64,000 nt of DNA from Phycisphaeraceae bacterium (GTDB taxonomy: Bacteria > Planctomycetota > Phycisphaerae > Phycisphaerales > Zrk34): NCBI GenBank assembly GCA_040905565.1, contig JBBDRF010000005.1, positions 96,001-160,000 of the forward strand, read 5' to 3'. Every line of letters begins with the position of its first letter. Within the stretch, counting starts at the first letter, position 1. The position numbers and the translations under genes were made by a program. Below are positions 55,617 through 64,000 of the stretch, piece after piece. The notes under the pieces were generated by a model. It was given only the letters and a program-made list of their open reading frames with translations. It was not told where the DNA came from and searched no databases.

Positions 55617-55949
55617 ACGCCATTCCTGTGCGACCGTCGGAAGCGATGGCATGCCGATCCTGTCGCCGATTCTCAAGATAGAAGCCTACCGCCCAGAGCA
55701 GTGAGCGCCCAGCCACGGGTGCCGTGGCGCAGTCGCTTCACGAGTCGCATCACGCGGCGGGCCTGCCCGCCAGCGACGCCATCCGCCGGCGGCTTTGCCA
55801 AGCGAAAGCCCTCGTTCAACGAGCTTGCTCCCGTGAGCCATGATTTCGTGCCGTTGCCCTGAGCCCTCGGCGATGCGGAACCATTTACCCTCCGCGCTTC
55901 GCGTGTACGATACACGGACTACGTTTCATTTATGACTGAGGAACCGTTG

Positions 55950-57335
55950 ATGCGCTCAAACGTTTTTATTCACGTCCAGCGAACTTTCGCCTGCGTCGCG
56001 TTTGTCGTGCTACTTCTTTTGGGCAGCGTGAGCCCCGCTTCGGCTGAGCGTGCGGAACTGGTAAAGGCTGTTGATGTTGAACCGGTTTGGACAGCCCACC
56101 GCGTCGGCTTCGCACTGCTCACCCATGGCGATCAGCAATTCGTTGGCTACTACGACGCCCAACGCCGTATGACCATCGCTCAGCGGGAACTAGGCACTTC
56201 CCAATGGACCTATCAGAAGCTCGACCGCGTGACCGGCTGGGACAGCCACAACTACATCACCATGGCTGTCGATGTCGACGAACAGCTTCACGTCACAGGC
56301 GACATGCACAATGACCCGCTCTTTTACCTGCGGACCACCAAGCCTTTGGATATCACCACGCTGGAGCAGGTGCCTAACATGGTCGGCCCCGAACGGGAAC
56401 ATTGCGTCACCTATCCGCGGTTCATCCAAGGCCCCAGCGGCGAACTAATCTTCCGCTATCGTGACGGCGGCAGCGGACGCGGCGATGATTACTACAACGT
56501 CTACCATCCTGATATGCAAGTATGGACACGCCTGGTGGACGAGCCGCTGATCACCGGCAAGGGCGTAAAAAGTGCCTACGCTACCTCCCCAACCCTCGGT
56601 CCCGACGGGTATTTCCACATGACCTGGGTCTGGCGCGACACGTCCGATGCCAGCACCAACCACCACCTCTCCTATGCACGTTCACGCGATCTACGAAACT
56701 GGACTACCGCCGCCGGCGCACCGCTCAAATTACCCATCACCTTCGAATCTTGCGAAGTCGTCGATCCCGTTCCATCCGGCGGGGGCATGATCAACGGCAA
56801 CACCCGACTCGGCTTCGATCATCACGACCGCGTCATTATCTCCTATCACAAGTACGACCAGGACGGCAATACCCAGATCTATAACGCCCGCTTCGAAGAT
56901 GATGCCTGGAAAATCTACCAGACCAGCGATTGGGACTACCGCTGGGAGTTCGGCGGAGGTGGAAGCATCCCTTTCCGCGTCCGCATCGGGAATGTCAGGC
57001 CCGTCGGCAACGGTCACCTCGTCCTCCGTTACAACTATCCCGGAGGCTCGGGTCGCTGGTTGCTGGATGAAAAGACGCTAAGACCGATCCCCGGTCGGAC
57101 CGGCCCCCCGCCCACCGCGCCGCTCCCACGTGCGCTCACGCGCGTCACGTCCGACTTCCCCGGCATGAACATCGTCCGTGCCAATGACCTTGGCAGCGTC
57201 CCTGATCCCCGTACACGCTACCTGCTGACATGGGAAGCGCTCGGCCCGAACCGCGACCACCCCCGTGGAGGCGACCTGCCCGCCCCCGTCATGCTCCGAC
57301 TCATCGAACTTCAGGATCCCGCGGGGGCGAGATAG
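55950..57335 (+). CDS. Secreted BNR-4 repeat protein
   Basis: Signal peptide, WDSHNY, H..GDMH, TYPRF, YRDGGSG.G, SYARS.DL..W Asp-box. Confidence 0.85.
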   Translation: MRSNVFIHVQRTFACVAFVVLLLLGSVSPASAERAELVKAVDVEPVWTAHRVGFALLTHGDQQFVGYYDAQRRMTIAQRELGTSQWTYQKLDRVTGWDSHNYITMAVDVDEQLHVTGDMHNDPLFYLRTTKPLDITTLEQVPNMVGPEREHCVTYPRFIQGPSGELIFRYRDGGSGRGDDYYNVYHPDMQVWTRLVDEPLITGKGVKSAYATSPTLGPDGYFHMTWVWRDTSDASTNHHLSYARSRDLRNWTTAAGAPLKLPITFESCEVVDPVPSGGGMINGNTRLGFDHHDRVIISYHKYDQDGNTQIYNARFEDDAWKIYQTSDWDYRWEFGGGGSIPFRVRIGNVRPVGNGHLVLRYNYPGGSGRWLLDEKTLRPIPGRTGPPPTAPLPRALTRVTSDFPGMNIVRANDLGSVPDPRTRYLLTWEALGPNRDHPRGGDLPAPVMLRLIELQDPAGAR

Positions 57336-57405
57336 GGTTCATCAACCAGAATCGGATGAGCCTGAACATTTGCTTGCGTATGCCGCCCTGAGGATGTCGG
57401 CCGCT

Positions 57406-59025
57406 TCACCGCACGTAGGCTCGCCTGGCCCATTCGTTCCATAGCAACTCCAACCACTCGACTTTGTCGGTATGCGTTTCCGACAGATCGTTGGTCTCTG
57501 TGCGGTCGACTGACATGTCGTACAGGTTCCAACGTTCGCCCCTTTCCTGAACCAGTTTCCAGTCACCCAATCGCACGGCACGATTGCCTTCATGCTCGAA
57601 GTAGATAGGCCGTTGGTCCAGCGAGTTCCCCGCGAAGACGGGTACAAGGCTCCGGCCCTCCATCGGCAGAATCTCGTGACCCTGATAGGTTGTTGGATAT
57701 TCCGCGTTCGCGAGGTCGACCGCTGTGGCCATGAAATCGATCACATGCCCCGGCTCGTGCCGCAGCCCGCCGGCCTCAGTGATTCCATCGGGCCAGTGGG
57801 CGATCAACGGCGCGGCCACGCCGCCTTCGTGATTCCACTTCTTGAAAAGCCGCAGCGGAGTGTTCGAGGCGTTGGCCCATTGGGGACCAAACGAAGCGTA
57901 CGTGTCCGGGGGGCCGGGCATGATGTCGGGCGTCGTGCCGCCACGCTCGAAGCGGCCGTGGCGGGTATTCACGCCCTGGATCACCTCGCTCGAAGCGCCG
58001 TTATCCGAGACAAACAGGATGATGGTGTTGTCGAACTGGCCGGTTTCTTTTAAGGCATCAATCATGTCGCCGAGGCCCTGATCCATACGGTCGACCATCG
58101 CTGCGTGAACTGCCATGCGGCGGGCTTCCCACTCTTTGTTTTCCGCATCCTCCCACGCGGGCACACTGGGGTGACGCTCCGACAGCGGCACGATGTCGTC
58201 AACGATCCCCATTTCGAGCATGCGTTCGTAACGATCCTGGCGGATCTGGTCCCAGCCCACATCGTAAACGCCTTCGTACTTTGCGATATCCTCCTCGAAG
58301 GCATGCAGCGGCCAGTGGGGGGCGTAGTGGGCGACGTAGAGGAAAAAGGGTTTATCACGCTCAGCTTCTCGAATGAAATGCGCTGCGTGATCGTTGATTT
58401 CGTCGGTGAGGTAGAACTGCTCACGATCCTTTAGCCTCGGCTCGGAGTCAACGAACTGGTCGTCCTTCGCGAGGCTGACCATGTCGTAATAGCCCCCTCC
58501 CCCGGATATGAATCCGTAGAATCGATCGAAGCCGCGCTCCAGCGGCCAGCTCGATGCGTGCAGAACGTCGTTTGGGCGGTTGTAGTTGTAGTGCGTCACA
58601 TGCCACTTGCCACTGAGGAAGGTCTGGTAGCCTGCCTCGCCCAGCACCTCGGCGACGGTGACGACACGGTCGACCAGTCGGCCGCGATAGCCGGGCTCGT
58701 CCCGGTCGCCGACCATATGACCGATCCCCGCCTGATGCGGATAGACGCCGGTCAGCAGTGAGCCGCGTGTCGGCACGCAACGACCGGTATTGTAGAAGTG
58801 GGTGAACCGCAGCCCTCCCTCGGCCAGTGCGTCGAGATTGGGCGTTTGGATCTCTCCGCCGTAGCTGCCGAGATCGGAATAACCCATGTCGTCGGCCATG
58901 ATGATCACGATATTCGGCCGCTCGCCAGCAGATTCCGCAGCCACGGAACTGGCCAAGCCTACCGCGATCAGGAAGCTGAATGCGAAGGTGCAAACCGAGC
59001 TACAAGGTGATGGAAGACCGCTCAT
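57406..59025 (-). CDS. Arylsulfatase (S1)
   Basis: RPNIVIIMADDMGYSD, RCVPTRGSLLTG, GKWH, APHWPLH, SDNG, LYD...D.TE..DL. Confidence 0.93.
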   Translation of the reverse strand: MSGLPSPCSSVCTFAFSFLIAVGLASSVAAESAGERPNIVIIMADDMGYSDLGSYGGEIQTPNLDALAEGGLRFTHFYNTGRCVPTRGSLLTGVYPHQAGIGHMVGDRDEPGYRGRLVDRVVTVAEVLGEAGYQTFLSGKWHVTHYNYNRPNDVLHASSWPLERGFDRFYGFISGGGGYYDMVSLAKDDQFVDSEPRLKDREQFYLTDEINDHAAHFIREAERDKPFFLYVAHYAPHWPLHAFEEDIAKYEGVYDVGWDQIRQDRYERMLEMGIVDDIVPLSERHPSVPAWEDAENKEWEARRMAVHAAMVDRMDQGLGDMIDALKETGQFDNTIILFVSDNGASSEVIQGVNTRHGRFERGGTTPDIMPGPPDTYASFGPQWANASNTPLRLFKKWNHEGGVAAPLIAHWPDGITEAGGLRHEPGHVIDFMATAVDLANAEYPTTYQGHEILPMEGRSLVPVFAGNSLDQRPIYFEHEGNRAVRLGDWKLVQERGERWNLYDMSVDRTETNDLSETHTDKVEWLELLWNEWARRAYVR

Positions 59026-59478
59026 TGCTGATTTCCTGTCAATCGAAATTTCGCGACTTGCCGACGCCCCAGTGTCGCAACCCGCTGCTTTTTGGCGGGT
59101 GACCGCCGCCACGATCACCAGTATGACGGCAATGCGTCGCCGACCCAAGGCCGTACGCCGGTGGCAGGAACCCATTGGCTCATCCCCTGGCGAAGCGCAG
59201 GTGGCTTGCGGCGAAGCGCAGTGCTGGCTCGAGGGCGTGCTCACGAAGGCGGCTCGTTTGTGATGAGCCTCCTTTACTCGGTGTTCATCTGTGCCTATCC
59301 GCGTGAATGCTGGGGGTGCGGCAGCCTGATCTCTGGCGGGGCGTCTGGAACAACCTTAGACGCACCTTGCCGCGGCCATTTTAACGTTGTATCGTTCATA
59401 GATTATCTCGACATGGTGGACGGGCGGGACGTTCCGGTGGAGAACGCTGTCTCAAGACTGGGTTAGTGTGCTCCGCCG

Positions 59479-61944
59479 ATGCGCCGGCTACCGGAAAGAT
59501 CGGAGGGTTTCGTGTCAGTCCAGGTAAGGCGAACACACCGTCGCGTTTTTCTACGCCGGTTTTTGGCTGCGATTGTGCTTCTGGGCCTCGCGATGTCCAC
59601 CTCGCCTGCGGGCGCTGAGGAGGTCTCGTTCAATCGCGACATTCGACCAATCCTCTCTAACAACTGTTTTGCCTGTCACGGCCCCGACGCGGATAGCCTG
59701 GCGGCGGAGCTTCGACTCGATCGCTGGGAGTTCGCCACGGCCGCTCTAGATAGTGATGGTCGTGCTGCGATCGTGCCGGGCCATCCGGACCGCAGTGAGA
59801 TGTTTGCCCGAATCACGGCGGAGGATCCGCGAGACCTTATGCCGCCGGACGATCCGGAGAAGCGTCTGACCGAGGAACAGGTGGCTTTGATTCGCGCCTG
59901 GATCGAACAGGGCGCTTCGTACGAAGCGCATTGGGCGTTTGTGCCGCCTGAGCAGCCGGATGTGCCGCGTGTTCACGATGAGAGTTGGCCGAGCAACTGG
60001 ATTGATCGGTTCGTACTGGCCAGGTTGGAGGCGGAGAACGTTAAGCCCTCGCCCCAGGCGGATCGTGCGACGCTCATTCGCCGACTGAGTTTTGATCTAC
60101 GCGGGCTGCCTCCGACGCTTCAGGAAGTGGAGGCGTTTGTGGCGGACGCTCGGCCGGATGCGTATGAGCGACTGGTCGAAACGTACCTGGCGTCACCCCA
60201 CTACGGCGAGCGGATGGCGGTGTACTGGCTCGACCTGGTGCGTTACGCCGACACGGTGGGTTATCACGGCGATCAGGACCATCATGCCGGTCCGTACCGC
60301 GATTGGGTGATCGACGCGATCAACGACAACATGCCCTTCGATCAGTTCACGATCGAGCAGCTTGCTGGTGACCTTCTGGAGAATCCTTCGACGGACCAGA
60401 AGATCGCCTCGGCCTACAACCGGCTGCTCCAGACAAGCCACGAGGGCGGCATTCAGGATGCGGAATATCACGCGAAGCAGGATTCGGATCGGGTGCGTAA
60501 CGCATCGTCGGTTTGGATGGGGGTCACCCTTGGCTGTGCCGAGTGCCACGATCATAAGTTCGATCCGTTTACTGCGGAGGATTTCTATGCTTTTGCTGCG
60601 TTCTTCGCAGACATCCAGGAGCGTGGCGACTGGAGCAAACTCGGCGGCAACCTCAATACCGTGCCAACACGCCGACCGCCTGAGATCGATGTCCTCACCG
60701 GCAGGCAGCGTGCGCAACTAACGGCGGTCAAGGCCCAGCTCACCGAACTGAACGAGCAACTCCAGCAGATCGACGAGCACGATGCCCGGCGGGAGAATCT
60801 GCGCACGCGCCAGTCGCAGCTGCGCCAGCAGCGTGATCAGATCGCCGACGACAAACGCCGGGTGATGATCACCGTTGCCCGTGATGAGCCCAGACAGTTG
60901 CGGGTGCTGCCACGCGGCGATTGGCTTGACGATTCAGGCCCGGTCGTCCAGCCGGCCATTCCCGCGGTGTTCGGGAAACTCGACGTGCCGGGACGGGCCA
61001 CACGTCTGGATCTGGCACGTTGGTTGGTCGATGACCAGAACCCCCTCACTGCCCGCGTCTACGTCAATCGTCTGTGGTATCTGTTCTTCGGCACGGGCCT
61101 GTCCAGTGCCCTGGATGATCTGGGATACCAGGGCGAGTGGCCGGCTCACCCTGAGTTGCTCGACGCACTAGCCGTGGCGTTTGTGCAGAGCGGTTGGGAT
61201 GCCAAGCACATGACCCGCCTGCTGGTCACCAGCCAAGCCTATCGGCAATCGTCACGCATACCTAGTGAACTGCGTGAGCGCGACCCGGAGAATCGGCTCA
61301 TCGCACGCCAGTCGCGATGGCGCCTGCCTGCCGAGTTCATTCGTGACAACGCGCTGTCGGTATCCGGCCTTCTCGTCGACAGCATCGGCGGCCCCAGCGT
61401 GCGCCCCTATCAACCCGAAGGATATTACGGGCAACTGAACTTCCCAACGCGCCAATACACCGCGTCGACCGGACCCGCTCAATATCGGCGAGGCGTTTAC
61501 GTGCATTGGCAGCGCACGTATCTGCATCCGGCGATGATGGCCTTCGACGCTTCCTCCCGGGAGGAGTGCGTGGCGCAGCGGCCGATCTCCAACACGCCGC
61601 TGGCGGCGCTGACGCTGCTGAACGATCCCACCTTTGTCGAAGCCGCGCGTGTCTTCGCGCAGCGCCTGCTTACCGAGCACGCCGATCTTGATGATGATCA
61701 AAGGCTGACGCTTGCGTTCGTTCGTGTGACCGCTCGCCAGCCCACCGACCGCGAGCTTGATCTGCTGCGTGAGCTTCTCCACGCTCAGCGGCAGGACGAT
61801 ACGCCGGACCCCGAGGCAGCGCAGCAATTGGCAGCGGTCGGCCAGATGCCCGTGCCTGACGATCTGGATCTGGCTGAACTAGCTGCGTGGACAGCAATCA
61901 CACGCGCCCTGCTGAACCTGGACGAATCCATCACACGGCATTGA
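59479..61944 (+). CDS. Planctomycete cytochrome c + DUF1549 + DUF1553 (PSD1) protein
   Basis: FNRDIRPILS..CFACHGPD, IDRFV, YGER.A..WLD..RYADT, CAECHDHKFDP, NPLTARV.VNRLW, TP..AL.LLND. Start uncertain. Confidence 0.95.
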   Translation: MRRLPERSEGFVSVQVRRTHRRVFLRRFLAAIVLLGLAMSTSPAGAEEVSFNRDIRPILSNNCFACHGPDADSLAAELRLDRWEFATAALDSDGRAAIVPGHPDRSEMFARITAEDPRDLMPPDDPEKRLTEEQVALIRAWIEQGASYEAHWAFVPPEQPDVPRVHDESWPSNWIDRFVLARLEAENVKPSPQADRATLIRRLSFDLRGLPPTLQEVEAFVADARPDAYERLVETYLASPHYGERMAVYWLDLVRYADTVGYHGDQDHHAGPYRDWVIDAINDNMPFDQFTIEQLAGDLLENPSTDQKIASAYNRLLQTSHEGGIQDAEYHAKQDSDRVRNASSVWMGVTLGCAECHDHKFDPFTAEDFYAFAAFFADIQERGDWSKLGGNLNTVPTRRPPEIDVLTGRQRAQLTAVKAQLTELNEQLQQIDEHDARRENLRTRQSQLRQQRDQIADDKRRVMITVARDEPRQLRVLPRGDWLDDSGPVVQPAIPAVFGKLDVPGRATRLDLARWLVDDQNPLTARVYVNRLWYLFFGTGLSSALDDLGYQGEWPAHPELLDALAVAFVQSGWDAKHMTRLLVTSQAYRQSSRIPSELRERDPENRLIARQSRWRLPAEFIRDNALSVSGLLVDSIGGPSVRPYQPEGYYGQLNFPTRQYTASTGPAQYRRGVYVHWQRTYLHPAMMAFDASSREECVAQRPISNTPLAALTLLNDPTFVEAARVFAQRLLTEHADLDDDQRLTLAFVRVTARQPTDRELDLLRELLHAQRQDDTPDPEAAQQLAAVGQMPVPDDLDLAELAAWTAITRALLNLDESITRH

Positions 61945-61969
61945 CCGGATCGACACGAAAGGCATCACG

Positions 61970-63418
61970 ATGCACCCGATGGACGAACATCAGCTTCAGC
62001 AAACGCGGCGCACCTTTCTCCGAAGCGGCGCCGGGGTGGGCTCGATCGCACTGGCCACGCTGCTGAACCCGTCGCTGTTACGCGCCGGCTCAGCTGACAG
62101 CGGCGAGAGCGCGTGGGGCGGCGTGGCGAACCCGCCGCACCTCCTGCCCAAAGCCAAACGCGTCATCTTCCTTTACATGTCCGGCGGGCCCTCGCACCTG
62201 GAGACCTTCGACTACAAGCCCATGCTGCAAAAGTATTCGGGCAAGCCGATGCCCGAGTCGTACACCAAAGGTGAGCCGATTGCCCAGCTTCAGGGTCAGG
62301 ACCTGCGCTGTCTCGGGCCCATGGCAAAGTTCAAGCGCTACGGCCAGAGCGGCCAGATGATTTCAGACTTTCTGCCGCACCATCACAGGATCGCCGACGA
62401 CATCGCGATCATCCGCTCAATGCACACCGAACAGATCAACCATGACCCCGCCCATACAGTGATGAATACCGGCGTGGCGATCTCCGGTCGCCCCAGTTGG
62501 GGATCGTGGGTGCTCTACGGCCTTGGAAGCGAGTCGCAGAACCTGCCTGGTTTCGTCGTCTTGTCCTCACATTCCGGACGCAGCCCACAGCCGATCTCAA
62601 CACGGATGTGGCACTCGGGTTTCCTGCCAGGCCGCTTTCAAGGCGTGAAGTTTCAATCCCATGGCGACCCGATTCACTACGTCAGCAACCCTCCGGGCGT
62701 GACGCAACAAGGCCAGCGCAGGCTGCTTGACACCGTGGGCGCCTTGAACCGCGCGCGTGATGAGCAAGTCGACAGCCAGGCTTTGCGGACCCGGATCAGC
62801 CAGTACGAACTCGCCTTTCGCATGCAGTCCAGCGTCCCCGACCTGATGGATCTTTCCGACGAGCCGTCCCATGTATTCGACATGTACGGCTGCCAGCCAG
62901 GCGACGGCACCTTCGCCAGCAACTGCCTTCTGGCACGACGACTCTCCGAACGTGGCGTCCGCTTCGTGCAGCTATACCACCGAGGCTGGGACCACCACAA
63001 CAACATCAAAGGCTATATGGACGTCAGCGCCCGCTCGACCGATCAACCCGCTGCGGCACTGGTGGCCGATCTCAAACAACGGGGCCTGCTCGACGAAACG
63101 CTTGTCATCTGGGGCGGCGAGTTCGGCCGTACGCCCATGGCGCAGGGTGCGATCAACGACCGCGTCGGGCGTGATCATCACATCCGAGGCTTCTCAATGT
63201 GGATGGCCGGCGGCGGCATCAGAGGCGGCGTCACCCACGGCAGCACCGACGAAATGGGCTACGACGCCATCGAAAAACCCACACACGTTCACGATCTGCA
63301 CGCGACCGCGATGCATCTGATGGGGATCAATCACAAACGGCTGACATACCGCTACCAAGGCCGCGACTTTCGCCTCACTGACGTCTTCGGCAAGGTCGCT
63401 CACGAGATTATCGCCTGA
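61970..63418 (+). CDS. DUF1501-domain protein (Tat signal)
   Basis: TRRTFL, AKRVIFLYM.GGPS..ETFD.KP, WDHH, GEFGRTP, GRDH, DLHAT, RLTDV.G. Confidence 0.95.
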   Translation: MHPMDEHQLQQTRRTFLRSGAGVGSIALATLLNPSLLRAGSADSGESAWGGVANPPHLLPKAKRVIFLYMSGGPSHLETFDYKPMLQKYSGKPMPESYTKGEPIAQLQGQDLRCLGPMAKFKRYGQSGQMISDFLPHHHRIADDIAIIRSMHTEQINHDPAHTVMNTGVAISGRPSWGSWVLYGLGSESQNLPGFVVLSSHSGRSPQPISTRMWHSGFLPGRFQGVKFQSHGDPIHYVSNPPGVTQQGQRRLLDTVGALNRARDEQVDSQALRTRISQYELAFRMQSSVPDLMDLSDEPSHVFDMYGCQPGDGTFASNCLLARRLSERGVRFVQLYHRGWDHHNNIKGYMDVSARSTDQPAAALVADLKQRGLLDETLVIWGGEFGRTPMAQGAINDRVGRDHHIRGFSMWMAGGGIRGGVTHGSTDEMGYDAIEKPTHVHDLHATAMHLMGINHKRLTYRYQGRDFRLTDVFGKVAHEIIA

Positions 63419-63575
63419 ACGCTCAGCAGCAGTGAAAGCCTCACTTGTCCAGACTTTCGCAACCTTGCCCTGCAGCGAAGGCGATGAACGACGAACTGCA
63501 GACCCGACGATGTCTGGCATCACGAAGTCACGCTCGGCGAGCGTTGGCCACTTTTCCGGTGCCTGCTGATAAACC

Positions 63576-63610
63576 AAAAAAACGGGCAGGAACATCTTGG
63601 TTCCTGCCCG
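63576..63610 (-). terminator. Rho-independent terminator (minus strand)
   Basis: CGGGCAGGAAC-caagat-GTTCCTGCCCG followed by T7 on the minus strand. Confidence 0.75.
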
Positions 63611-63810
63611 CGAATTTCGGGGCTTCGTCATCGCCATGACAGCGAGGGCCGATCAGGCGGCGATGACCACATTGCCCCGGAAGAGCTCAAATAGGATGTG
63701 TCGACGACACCATCATCGGCCCACCGAAACCGCCCACTACACCTAAAGCGTGCCACCACCATGACACCCCTTCGTTAGCGGGCGGTCGCAGTTCGCCGTT
63801 GGGGCATCGC

Positions 63811-64000
63811 TCATCCACCGCCGCCACCAGAACCACCGGTCCCTTTTCCGCCACGTCGACGACGCCGACGCCTCCGTCGGCGAGGCTGATCCTGATCCTC
63901 GCTACCCGTTTCACCCTCAGCCTTCGAAGCTTCAGGCTTCGGCTTGGTCGCCGGCTTGAGGTCGCCGGCTTGGCCTCAGGCTCGGCAACGTCGACCGCCT
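63811..64000 (-). CDS. 3' end of a gene entering from the right; low-complexity Arg/Gly tail with an apparent frameshift
   Basis: AVDVAEPEAKPAT in one frame, KPATKPKPEASKAEGETGSEDQDQPRRRRRRRRRGGKGTGGSGGGGG* in another. Confidence 0.45.

Noticed and set aside
63610..63810. Possible ncRNA between the right-edge gene and its terminator
   Set aside because: Some hairpin potential but no recognisable family motif; cannot be supported without a covariance search.

Overview
High-GC bacterial chromosomal segment, most likely Planctomycetota (Phycisphaerae-like). That assignment is inferred from a DUF1559-type prepilin, a PSD1/DUF1553 plus DUF1501 pair, a PVC-type heme-binding protein, two sulfatases and palindromic repeats resembling planctomycete REPs. 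The left part mixes housekeeping genes (proS, mfd, argA-like, pyrD-like, SurA/PpiC-like, larE, SSS transporter, Skp-like, Hsp20) with a GAF sigma-54 activator, a cfa-like methyltransferase plus GGR-like reductase pair, and three small orphan genes each followed by a copy of one palindromic repeat. At about 35.7-44.8 kb there is a nitrogen-oxide module: two small membrane proteins, ric, a hemerythrin-like gene, then azurin-like lipoprotein, clade II nosZ, nosB, nosD, nosF, nosY and a CusF-like/SCO fusion. No nosL, nosR, nosX, nir or nor is visible in the window. A 36-bp 3' tRNA-Gly-like fragment at about 45.1 kb may be the att boundary of an accessory region. That region holds secreted hydrolases, a decayed HEAT-repeat gene, a phosphodiesterase with an apparently circularly permuted LamG insert, and a membrane patatin-like protein. 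No rRNA, intact tRNA, CRISPR array, integrase or transposase was seen. All family calls come from motif recognition by eye, not from database searches.
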